From positions 124,001 to 188,000 of IMG/VR virus record IMGVR_UViG_3300024308_000188: DNA of 64,000 bases; one strand, written 5' to 3'. A program made the translations under genes and the position numbers. Numbering within the stretch: the first letter of the stretch is position 1; the number at the start of each line of letters is the position of its first letter. The notes beneath the pieces are model-generated. The model saw nothing but the letters and a program-made list of their open reading frames with translations, was not told where the DNA came from and did not search any database. Below, piece by piece: positions 34,888 through 44,060 of the stretch.

Positions 34888-36870
34888 ATGGCTAAAGCAA
34901 AAGCAAAATCTGCAAATACTTATGATGAAGATAGTATTCAGGTTCACAAAGGTTTAGCTGGTGTTAGATTAAACGCTGGCATGTACATGGGTGAGCTTGG
35001 CGATTCAATGATGTATCGCATGGGCAAAGAAGCTGTTGAAAACAGCCGCGATGAATACGAAGCTGGACGCAACAACGCAATCTATGTAGCCTTTAATAAC
35101 AAAACAAGTGAATACGTTTTTGCCGACTGCGCTCAAGGTATTCCTGTTGGAATGAAAACAGTTGAAGGTAAAAAAGTAAGCGCATTAACAGTAATTCTTA
35201 CTGAACTTCATGCTGGCGGAAAATTTGATGTAAAAGCTTATCAGACTTCAGGTGGTACGCACGGTGTTGGTATTTCTGCGGTCAATGCTTTATCAAAAGA
35301 ACTTGAGGTCTGGACTTGTCGTGAAGATCAGTGGTACTACCAAAGTTTTTCATGCGGAAAAGAAACCAGTCCTGTTAAAAAGGTTCCAGACACTTTCCTC
35401 AAGAAAAAGTTTGGTTATCTTTTGCCGCTCAAGAAAAAGTTTAAGCGACTTGGCACTATCATTCGCTTGGTTCCAGATCAAAGCGTGATAAGCGTTGATG
35501 CTAGTCGTACCTCAAAACTTAAAACATATACCCAAGCTGTTTTGGAAGAACAAAAGTTTGCTGATTATTTAAAGTTCATGAGTACCATGAATAGCAAGCT
35601 TTATATCGGTTTCCTAAACCTTGAAACAAACAAAGAACAGGTTTTCTACAATGATAAAGGTTTGGGTGCTGTAGTCAGTTCAATAATTTCTGATCATGAT
35701 TTAGAGCCTTTGGGTAAGCCATTCGAGTTCGATGGCTCAAGCCTGAAAGTTGCTATTCAATGGTCTAATCACTATGACAGTGATCTGTTCAGAAGTTATG
35801 TAAATAGTAGTCCAACAATAGATCATGGTACGCATGTAAATGGTTTCCGTGCGGCCATGTCAAAAGCTTTGAAAAACTATCTGCCCAAAAAAGCAGGTAA
35901 GTTTAAGCCAGAAGATCTTTATGTTGGCGCAGTTGCTATTATCAACTGGAAAATGAACAGCGCTCAATTTAGTGGTCAGGTAAAAGATAAACTGGTATCT
36001 AAAATCGATAACGAAGTTTGTGATTTACTGACTCAACCATTAACCGATTTTTTTGCAAAGAACAAAACATTAGCCAAGCAGATTATAAAACGCGCAAGTG
36101 ATGTTGCGGCTTCCCGTGAAGATCTTGCTAAAACAATGAAAGGCATGAGCGAAGTTAAAAAAGGTGGAAGTAAGCTGCCGATAAAACTTTATGAAGCTCC
36201 AGATTGTAAACCGCATGAGCGTGAGCTGTATTTTGTCGAAGGCGATTCGGCTGGCGGTACTGCCAAAAATGCTCGTGGCTTTAATCAGGAAGTTTTAAAA
36301 CTTGGCGGTAAAATTCCAAACGCATTGAATGTTAGTCTAAGTGCCTTACTTTCAAATGACCGCATTCAAGATATGCTGAACAGTTTGGGAGTTGACATAA
36401 AAAGTTTGGATGTTAAAGCTGATAATCCTACATTCAGTACAAAGAATCTGCGAGTTGCTGTTGCAATGTTGCTTGCTGATGCTGATGCTGATGGATCTCA
36501 CATTAACGTACTTATCACCGCATTTTTCTATAAACTTATGCCCGACTTTATTAAAGAAGGTCGTTTGTTTGTTGTTGACGCTCAATTGTACAACGCACTC
36601 GTTAATGGTGTGCATTACAGCGGAAACACAATGGAAGAGTGTTTAGCTAAGTTACCAAAAAATGCTCCGAAGGGAAGTGTGTTCCGTGCAAAAGGTTGGG
36701 GAGAGACAGATGCAGATTTACTTGAAGCCATAGCATTTGATATTAACAACAGAAAGTTGATTCAAATTGAATATGGCAAAGTTCAAGAAGATCTTGCGTT
36801 TTACAGATCAGTTGTAGGTGAAGATGCCTCTGCCAGACGGCAATTGTTGGGGTTAAGTTCCAACGATTAA
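34888..36870 (+). CDS. gyrB: type IIA topoisomerase, GyrB/ParE-like subunit
   Basis: GHKL ATPase (EAVENSRDE, D..QGIP, LHAGGKFD, SGGTHGVGISAVNALS), TOPRIM EGDSAGG and DADADGSHI, KGWGE. Confidence 0.95.
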   Translation: MAKAKAKSANTYDEDSIQVHKGLAGVRLNAGMYMGELGDSMMYRMGKEAVENSRDEYEAGRNNAIYVAFNNKTSEYVFADCAQGIPVGMKTVEGKKVSALTVILTELHAGGKFDVKAYQTSGGTHGVGISAVNALSKELEVWTCREDQWYYQSFSCGKETSPVKKVPDTFLKKKFGYLLPLKKKFKRLGTIIRLVPDQSVISVDASRTSKLKTYTQAVLEEQKFADYLKFMSTMNSKLYIGFLNLETNKEQVFYNDKGLGAVVSSIISDHDLEPLGKPFEFDGSSLKVAIQWSNHYDSDLFRSYVNSSPTIDHGTHVNGFRAAMSKALKNYLPKKAGKFKPEDLYVGAVAIINWKMNSAQFSGQVKDKLVSKIDNEVCDLLTQPLTDFFAKNKTLAKQIIKRASDVAASREDLAKTMKGMSEVKKGGSKLPIKLYEAPDCKPHERELYFVEGDSAGGTAKNARGFNQEVLKLGGKIPNALNVSLSALLSNDRIQDMLNSLGVDIKSLDVKADNPTFSTKNLRVAVAMLLADADADGSHINVLITAFFYKLMPDFIKEGRLFVVDAQLYNALVNGVHYSGNTMEECLAKLPKNAPKGSVFRAKGWGETDADLLEAIAFDINNRKLIQIEYGKVQEDLAFYRSVVGEDASARRQLLGLSSND

Positions 36871-36882
36871 GAGGATCGTGAA

Positions 36883-37272
36883 ATGGGACAACGCTACTAT
36901 GCTCTAATGGACTTAAGCTTTATTCCAATAAAGATGAATCCAGATCACATGCGAAATAATAGTTTGACTGTGTTTTGGGTTCGACTTTCATTTATCAACA
37001 CAAAGATTAAACGGGCCGCTTTGATTGTACTTAGTAATGATGGTACAATCGTAAAAAGTGTTTGGCCCACAAAATCGAAAACAATATCTTCAGTTATATT
37101 GAATGTGTTTGAGAGAACTTCTCTTGATGGTGACGATTGGAATTGGGACGAGCTTTTAAAAATAAGTCTGGCGCGAAAGCGTATGATTCAGTATTATGGA
37201 TCAAGAGAGTCTTATCGCAGACGTATTGCTTTGCTTCCAGTTACGCAAAATAGTTTGCATAATATTTGTTGA
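36883..37272 (+). CDS. hypothetical protein
   Basis: GAGGA RBS; 129 aa. Confidence 0.7.
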   Translation: MGQRYYALMDLSFIPIKMNPDHMRNNSLTVFWVRLSFINTKIKRAALIVLSNDGTIVKSVWPTKSKTISSVILNVFERTSLDGDDWNWDELLKISLARKRMIQYYGSRESYRRRIALLPVTQNSLHNIC

Positions 37273-37281
37273 GGAAATTGC

Positions 37282-37707
37282 ATGATTAAAAAACAAATTG
37301 TATTCATGTATATGGCTCAAGGTGTAGTCGAAGAAAGTTGTCGATGGATAAAAGCTGAACTTGAAGTCAACGACAATCCTAAAAAATTGTTGGAAACTCG
37401 ATTGCAGTGTATGGCCTTAGCTATTGTGGATGCGAACGGATTTTTCATAAAACGCCCTCCACAAAATATTATTGGTAGCGTTTCCCGTGTTTACACTACA
37501 GGTCTTTATTGGTTGGGTAAGAATAGTAAATTCCTGACAGACACGTTGCTTAATGAATTGAGTGAAAAGAAAACTCTTTCAACATTAGGACTGGACTCTG
37601 TGAGAGCATATGTTTCTTATTTGAGTTCAAATAATCCGTATGATCAAGTTCAATTCACTTCATTCCTGAAAGAAGTGTTACCTAAAGGAACACCATCTTT
37701 AGTATGA
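37282..37707 (+). CDS. hypothetical protein
   Basis: GAGGA RBS; 141 aa. Confidence 0.7.
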   Translation: MIKKQIVFMYMAQGVVEESCRWIKAELEVNDNPKKLLETRLQCMALAIVDANGFFIKRPPQNIIGSVSRVYTTGLYWLGKNSKFLTDTLLNELSEKKTLSTLGLDSVRAYVSYLSSNNPYDQVQFTSFLKEVLPKGTPSLV

Positions 37708-37765
37708 ACTGATCCAAGTGTGTCAAAAATCAGGGGTTTATTTCAATACCTTATTTTGGTATAAT
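37707..37765 (+). promoter_or_regulatory. composite promoter copy 9 (upstream of gyrA)
   Basis: AACTGATCCAAGTGTGTCAAAAA; 33 nt from TGTCAA to TATAAT 37760-37765. Confidence 0.78.
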
Positions 37766-37805
37766 CCGGCCTGTTCGCTTACACAAAAAGTTGGTAAACT
37801 AAACA

Positions 37806-39449
37806 ATGAAATCAAAAAAGCCGCCAGCAAAAACAAAGAAAGTTTCTAAGACTGAGTTGGGAGATATTAAACAACATAAAAAGTCGAAGAAAAATTTACC
37901 CGCAGTTGTTGAACCTAATCAATTCAAACTGCCTTCCACTGTACTGATGAAAACTATTGTCAAAGAAGATTTGGCAAACTTTGCAAAAAGAAATTTAACT
38001 CATTACGGTGAATACGTTGTACAAGATCGTGCTGTTCCAGAATTCCGTGATGGATTAAAGCCAGTTCACCGCCACATTATTTATGCAATGTCTCAGCTGA
38101 ATTTATTCGGTTCTGACTTTAAAAAGTGTGCGCGTATTGTTGGTGATACAATTGGTAAGTATCATCCTCACGGTGACTCTGCAACGTATGGTGCATTAGT
38201 TACGTTAGCCAATACAATTCCAAAACTTATTCAAGGTCGAGGAAATTTTGGCAGTCCACTCGATATGGCGGCAGCTCAGCGTTATACTGAAGCGCGTTTG
38301 AGTGATTACAGCAAACTTTTTCTTTTGGATAAAGGTTATCTTGAAGTTGTTCCGCGTATAAACAACTTTGATGACAGCGAAAAAATTCCGTTGTATTTGC
38401 CTTCGCTTCTTCCAACAATGCTGTTGATTGGAAATGCTGGTGGTATTGCCTACGGTGTTCGTGCTTGTAATCCTGCTTTTGAAATTGAAGGCGTTACAAA
38501 ACTTATTCAAATTGTATTGGAAAAAGGCGATTTGAAATCTTCTGATTGTGTAAAGCATTTAAAAATTCAAGCTCCTTTTGGATCTGATTGCGTTAGCACA
38601 CCAGAAGAACTTGCAAGCTTTATTGAAACAGGTAGAGCAAAGGCAATAAAATATTGTCCGAAAGTTCAAGTTGATTACAAAAATAAAATCGTTGAAATTG
38701 TTTCTTATTCTCCCGGTTTCGCATCTGAAGATGGCGTTGCTAAAAAACGTGATAAGATTTTAGAATTACCCGAAGTTAGTCGTTGGGTAAGTGACTGTGG
38801 TGATAAACGTCCGAACGCTGGCCCTTATGGTGCATATTATTATGTTGTACCAAAACGTGGAATGTCAGATGACGGCCTTTTTGATTTAGCTGAAAAAATT
38901 CGTAAGATGTTGACTGGCAGTGAGTTCTATAACTTAGGACTTACAATAAACAACGTCGATGGAACTGCTAAATTCCTTTACTGTAACTTTGCGACCTATA
39001 TTAAAAACTGGGTTCGCTATCGTGTGGAATTGGAAAAGCGTTATCTGGAAAACATTATTGCAAAACGCGAACGCGATTTGTGGGAATACAACGTATTGTC
39101 CTACGCTGTTATCAACAAGAATAAAATCTTGGAAGTAATGAAAAAAGCTTTGGACAAAGATGATCCAGATACTTACACTGCAAAAACATTGAAGATTCCT
39201 CAAGATGAAGCTACTTTCATTTTGGAATTGAAAATGCGTAGGCTGGCAAAACTTGAACTGAAAGCGCTACAGGACAAGATTAAAATTGCTACTGCCGACA
39301 TTAAAGGATGGAAACGCGATCACAAAGATCCTAATCCTCGTATCGCTTCTTCCTTGACCGAATCTGTAAATAAGTATGTACGGATGGTAAATGCTTCAAT
39401 CGCAGACACTAAAAAGTCTGAGAAGAAGCGCAAGAAAAAAGCAGACTGA
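37806..39449 (+). CDS. gyrA: type IIA topoisomerase, GyrA/ParC-like subunit lacking the C-terminal pinwheel
   Basis: [53 protein letters not shown] (catalytic Tyr); only 547 aa. Confidence 0.95.
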   Translation: MKSKKPPAKTKKVSKTELGDIKQHKKSKKNLPAVVEPNQFKLPSTVLMKTIVKEDLANFAKRNLTHYGEYVVQDRAVPEFRDGLKPVHRHIIYAMSQLNLFGSDFKKCARIVGDTIGKYHPHGDSATYGALVTLANTIPKLIQGRGNFGSPLDMAAAQRYTEARLSDYSKLFLLDKGYLEVVPRINNFDDSEKIPLYLPSLLPTMLLIGNAGGIAYGVRACNPAFEIEGVTKLIQIVLEKGDLKSSDCVKHLKIQAPFGSDCVSTPEELASFIETGRAKAIKYCPKVQVDYKNKIVEIVSYSPGFASEDGVAKKRDKILELPEVSRWVSDCGDKRPNAGPYGAYYYVVPKRGMSDDGLFDLAEKIRKMLTGSEFYNLGLTINNVDGTAKFLYCNFATYIKNWVRYRVELEKRYLENIIAKRERDLWEYNVLSYAVINKNKILEVMKKALDKDDPDTYTAKTLKIPQDEATFILELKMRRLAKLELKALQDKIKIATADIKGWKRDHKDPNPRIASSLTESVNKYVRMVNASIADTKKSEKKRKKKAD

Positions 39450-39550
39450 CGCTGCTTTAGGATAAAGGCAAGAGGATTATAATTTATAATCCTCAACACC
39501 TTTCGGGCCTAGCCCATTATAACAAACAGAAAATTAGGGAAATTAACACA

Positions 39551-40936
39551 ATGTCAGAAGTCCTTTACGCGACGGTACTTCAATCATTGATGTCGAGCAT
39601 TAGCTCAACAGACAATTTGATTAAAAAGGCTGCAACACCTAAAAAGTTTGCTAAAGCTAGTGAAACACTGGCTGACCTATCATCTACTATAGATGCTTTA
39701 GCTGACTTCGATTCTAGCTCAAAGCGGGATCGTAAATTTACCGCACAGCGAAAACCTGCTCGGTATTTAGCTAACACTATACGTTCTTTAAAGGATGCGT
39801 TGGAAAATCGTGAGATTAATCTCACTAGATTTTGTGAATTGATCAGAACAGAAATGTCTGACAGATTGCAAGATCTAAAAGATTCTTCGCAGACCCATAT
39901 AAAAAGGATCGAGCAAAATCCAGATCTTTTAATGGAAGTAAGTGACGACGAAGTTGGCCATGCCATTTTTGTTGAATCCTACAAAAAAGTTTCTGGTGCT
40001 TCAAAATCCAAGGCAGAACCTGTCGAGGAGTACGAAGAGATTGCCGATTTTTCTCAAGCTCAATATGAATTTGTGACAAACAGATTGGCTGTTCATAGTC
40101 AAGCTGTACACAAAGCATTAGTCAGCAAAATAAAATCTGATAAATTAAATTTCTCCAGAAGTGCTGTAATACCAACGCAGTGCCCTGTTACAGTTAACTT
40201 TGAAAATGTTGCTTTACGCAGCACAAAACTTTTACGTCACATATTTACTGGTGTCGATGCGCTTGGCTTTGCTGGCCCTGATAGCAGTGATGTTGCTTTA
40301 ATTTTACCTAATCAAATTCTTTTGCAGTTTAGCAAAAGTCAAAGCGAATTGTTGATTGCTACAAAACACGACGATTCAAAGTTTGCCGATGCCGTAACAA
40401 AAAACAAGTCTGCAATGAAAGCGGAAAAAAGTTTGTTACGTAAACTTCTGACCGAACGTGAAAAACTAAATAACAGAAAAGAAGGGGCAAAGCGTACTGG
40501 AACTCTGGACTCTGAATTACGTAAAAAACTTGAAGCCGAACTGAAATCGGTTCAAGTTAAAATAGATACTTCTGAAAAGATGATCTCTATTTTGAAACGT
40601 CATGGAGTAGAAGCTAAAAGTATCTATGATTCCAAGGCTCGATTCCTTGACAAGAAAACCTCAAATGTTTATTTTGAGCGCGTTAATCAATTTCTTGATG
40701 ACGCTAGATCTCGCGGCCATGAATATAGTTTAATGTCAAATGATTTTGCTACCAGTCCTACTAATAGCGATATTTCCTTGGCATGGATCGTACCAACAGC
40801 CGTCTATAAAAAGTTGTATGCTCAAACAAAAGGCAATATCAAAGTTTTGTCATGGGGACTTCCACTTTCAAATAAAAGTTTAGGAGTTTCAAATGGAAAA
40901 CAAACTGCCAGTGGTAAAAAGAGCCGACGGCTGTGA
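39551..40936 (+). CDS. hypothetical protein with a coiled coil
   Basis: 461 aa ORF. Confidence 0.8.
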   Translation: MSEVLYATVLQSLMSSISSTDNLIKKAATPKKFAKASETLADLSSTIDALADFDSSSKRDRKFTAQRKPARYLANTIRSLKDALENREINLTRFCELIRTEMSDRLQDLKDSSQTHIKRIEQNPDLLMEVSDDEVGHAIFVESYKKVSGASKSKAEPVEEYEEIADFSQAQYEFVTNRLAVHSQAVHKALVSKIKSDKLNFSRSAVIPTQCPVTVNFENVALRSTKLLRHIFTGVDALGFAGPDSSDVALILPNQILLQFSKSQSELLIATKHDDSKFADAVTKNKSAMKAEKSLLRKLLTEREKLNNRKEGAKRTGTLDSELRKKLEAELKSVQVKIDTSEKMISILKRHGVEAKSIYDSKARFLDKKTSNVYFERVNQFLDDARSRGHEYSLMSNDFATSPTNSDISLAWIVPTAVYKKLYAQTKGNIKVLSWGLPLSNKSLGVSNGKQTASGKKSRRL

Positions 40937-41444
40937 GTTATGTTGTATTTGTATGAATTGGTTTGCCAATATACATTGGCACCACACTATTCCAAGATCG
41001 TTAGGTGGTAGTGATAGTTTGCAAATTCCTATCGATGGAGCTTGCCATACAACACTTCATGCTCATGCAGATGCTATAGTTGCACGTATTGGTGCTAAAA
41101 ACCCAAAACCCTTAAGGAAATTTTGGGCTGACCCTGAGACAGAACTTAGAGCTAAAACTTGGTTAGAAATTTTGGTCAAGGCATTATTGAGTCCTCCAGT
41201 TTCTTCCAATGCTAAAATGACTTTACTTCCTATGGTACATGCCGATCCAGCAACTCGGCAAGGATTAGAGTTACTCAAAAAAGATCTTCCGGGGATAACC
41301 AATATGGAGCAGACGATCTTATATTGTATCAATCACACGTTGAGATCCAAAGGATTAAAAAATGACAACAAAAAGACAGACATCAGTAAACAAAGCGCAG
41401 ATAAAGATAAAAGTCATAACAGAAGAAAAACTAACTTGTGGTGA
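40893..41444 (+). CDS. HNH endonuclease-domain protein
   Basis: CCIC....IHWHHTIPRSLGGSD...IDGACHTTLH. Confidence 0.75.
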   Translation: MENKLPVVKRADGCELCCICMNWFANIHWHHTIPRSLGGSDSLQIPIDGACHTTLHAHADAIVARIGAKNPKPLRKFWADPETELRAKTWLEILVKALLSPPVSSNAKMTLLPMVHADPATRQGLELLKKDLPGITNMEQTILYCINHTLRSKGLKNDNKKTDISKQSADKDKSHNRRKTNLW

Positions 41445-42447
41445 GTGCATTGGACTCACACGAGAACGGTTGATTGCTGGTGACGATACGCCTTGCATTA
41501 AACAAGGTCGCTTTGAATACTCTTCGAGCTGTGAAAATTTTAAACCCAACAGTGTGGCTCTGGCCGAGAGCATCGAGAAAAATGGCAGTTCACTTTATGA
41601 GCTTGCCGATATTATGCGTGAATTTGATAATGGACAGCTAAGACTTTTTGGTGCAGCTATTTTAAACGAACATATTACTCGCAAACAAGGATATACATTC
41701 TTACAAAAAGTTTATGTTCGTTTCCGTGGAACTTTGGCTTCGGATTATTTATCAAATTTCATGACAGCACGTATTCTTTCAGCTGATAAAGATTATGTGC
41801 GTGTGTGCAGTGATGATGGAAAGATTGTACTGACTTTCCAAAATCTAGGAAAAGAGAAGAATATATTTACGGTTTCTCAGTTTTCTATTTTCCGCCGTCA
41901 GATGGAATTCAAAGGTCGAGTTGTAGATCCTAAGTTGGACAGACCGACCGCTAAAAATGTAAAAGCTCTTGAACTTCCATTTGAATTAAAATTGAATACC
42001 AATGGAGTCATGGGTTACATTGATGACATAGGATCTTTGGCTAAACGCAACAAAATTAAACGTGAAAGCTCTGATCAGCAAGTTTACAGCCTTGTTGATA
42101 TTGCTCGTGATATTGACCGTGGTTATGCAAAAGCTCATAAAGAAACGGATGAAGATCATTACGAACTGGATGAACTTGACTACAAGCGTGAAACCACGAT
42201 TGAAGATATTCAGGAAATGGAAGAAGCGCAACTTCTGAAGTTTGCCAAAAAGAACAAAATTCGTATACCTCGTGATATTAAAGAAAGCGATGACGTCGAT
42301 GACTTAAGACAACATTTGTCAACAGCTTATCTTGAAAAATTGGAACTGGAATTGGCAGAGGCTCAGGCCGAAACGAAAAACTCTGGTAAGAAACGAAGTC
42401 TTAAAGGCGGTAAGATCAAAACTGAACTTGGCGATATGGCAGACTAA
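41362..42447 (+). CDS. hypothetical protein: Cys-rich N-terminus, C-terminal copy of the acidic-cluster module
   Basis: CGECIGL..C..C; EDIQEMEEAQLLKFAKKNKIRIPRDIKESDDVDDLRQHL. Confidence 0.75.
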   Translation: MTTKRQTSVNKAQIKIKVITEEKLTCGECIGLTRERLIAGDDTPCIKQGRFEYSSSCENFKPNSVALAESIEKNGSSLYELADIMREFDNGQLRLFGAAILNEHITRKQGYTFLQKVYVRFRGTLASDYLSNFMTARILSADKDYVRVCSDDGKIVLTFQNLGKEKNIFTVSQFSIFRRQMEFKGRVVDPKLDRPTAKNVKALELPFELKLNTNGVMGYIDDIGSLAKRNKIKRESSDQQVYSLVDIARDIDRGYAKAHKETDEDHYELDELDYKRETTIEDIQEMEEAQLLKFAKKNKIRIPRDIKESDDVDDLRQHLSTAYLEKLELELAEAQAETKNSGKKRSLKGGKIKTELGDMAD

Positions 42448-42470
42448 CCTTCTTATTCAGGGATTTAAAA

Positions 42471-43601
42471 ATGCAAATAGAGTCCAGATCTATAGTAAGC
42501 GTTTTTCAAAAAGTTTTGGGTGTTGAATATGATACTCAGCAATGCAAAGATTTGTTTAATTATGTTGTTGAACACTTTTGTATGCAAACAAACATCGCGG
42601 ATTTCCATAAAAAGATTTCCTCTGTTGTAAATTTTAATGATACGGAACTTTCTGCCAGCCAGTTTAGATTACTGCTTTCTGAAACAGGTTATGTTGTTTT
42701 GAATTTGCGTTACTATGCAACATTCTTGTCTGGTTATCGTGGTTTGAACAGTATGGTGGCCGAAGAAAACTATGCGCGATTTGATTTATGCCGTTGTGAT
42801 GCTGTGCGAGTATTTCACGCAGTTAAAATACACAGAACGGCAATAAACAAATTTTTGGTTAAACGTAAGCAAACAAGCAAACTTTTTTGCCCAAGTGAAT
42901 TTGAGCAGGTTCGTAATGGCTTTGCTCAGTATGCCGAGCCGATTCAACGCTTTATACGTTATAAGACTAAAAGCAAACTGAAATTTGTTTATCAGTCTAA
43001 CAATATTGATAAGAAGGATTTTCACTCTGAACTTACTATAGCTGCTTTAAGAGCATACTATAAAAGACAGCCGTGCAATTTAAGTTATGACCACATGCTG
43101 AATTATTTAAGAGCCAGTGTTCGTAATACAACTTGCAATCTTATCGATAAGTACACAACTGAAAAACGTCAAACACTTATTGGTGATGGTGAAGGAGCAG
43201 ATCGTCGTTATCGGTTGAACGTAGAAGCTATGAGTCAAATAACTCCACGTTACAATGGTGACGGTGAAGAAATTTCAATCGAAGATCGTTTCGATGAATC
43301 TGCTCACACTAAATCTGGAAGTGATTTTGATTTCAGCGTAGATCGTATGCTTGATCGTTTACGCAACACCAAAAAAGGATTCATCCTTGCTGTTTATGTT
43401 GGACGGGAAGTAGCCAAGTTTACACAGTGGCTCCGTGAGAAAAGATACATTCGTACAGAAGATAAAAGTTGTCAAGATTTTTTAGCTGAGCGCGGTTTTG
43501 ATGAAACTGCAAGTGTTGTAGCTAAATTTATGGGATCTGATGTCGATTACGTTCATAAAAAACTACGGGAAGTTGCGTTAGAACTTGGCGTCATGAATTA
43601 G
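42471..43601 (+). CDS. putative sigma-factor-like transcription protein
   Basis: Region-2-like KKDFHSELTIAALRAYY...NYLRASVRNTTCNLIDKY; C-terminal HTH-like DETASVVAKFMGSDVDYVHKKL. Confidence 0.45.
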   Translation: MQIESRSIVSVFQKVLGVEYDTQQCKDLFNYVVEHFCMQTNIADFHKKISSVVNFNDTELSASQFRLLLSETGYVVLNLRYYATFLSGYRGLNSMVAEENYARFDLCRCDAVRVFHAVKIHRTAINKFLVKRKQTSKLFCPSEFEQVRNGFAQYAEPIQRFIRYKTKSKLKFVYQSNNIDKKDFHSELTIAALRAYYKRQPCNLSYDHMLNYLRASVRNTTCNLIDKYTTEKRQTLIGDGEGADRRYRLNVEAMSQITPRYNGDGEEISIEDRFDESAHTKSGSDFDFSVDRMLDRLRNTKKGFILAVYVGREVAKFTQWLREKRYIRTEDKSCQDFLAERGFDETASVVAKFMGSDVDYVHKKLREVALELGVMN

Positions 43602-43610
43602 GTAAGTAAA

Positions 43611-44057
43611 ATGACAACTACATCAAATTTGTTATTAAAAAGTAGTAAAGTGGACGGTGACTTATTGATAAAAAGGTCACTATTGTTTGGGTTGGTTTCT
43701 GAGGGCTTGTTCGAGGAAAAGAACAATCTGCTTTATGTTGTACTCAAAACGCTTAAGCGCTATCCGAGTATATCTAATAGCATGTTGTCCTACAATCTGT
43801 CTAAGCGTTTTCCATTTTCAGAAAAAGTTATTATGCAAATGGTAGATGCTTTAACAACGGATGCAGCTGGCACACCTCCTTTAGTGTGGAGTCGCAAGAA
43901 TACTCAGGATGCTAAACGCCCTGAAAAAGTTTTTTACTCTATCCAAAATGCAGAACTTGCTGACCAGTGGTTATCTGCTTTAGAGTTGGAAAATTCGGCT
44001 TTGAAATTGGTTAACGTAGTAATCGGTGCGCTTGAACAAAAAAGCAAAGGGAGTTAA
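43611..44057 (+). CDS. hypothetical protein
   Basis: 148 aa ORF directly before dnaB. Confidence 0.72.
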   Translation: MTTTSNLLLKSSKVDGDLLIKRSLLFGLVSEGLFEEKNNLLYVVLKTLKRYPSISNSMLSYNLSKRFPFSEKVIMQMVDALTTDAAGTPPLVWSRKNTQDAKRPEKVFYSIQNAELADQWLSALELENSALKLVNVVIGALEQKSKGS

Positions 44058-44060
44058 CCA

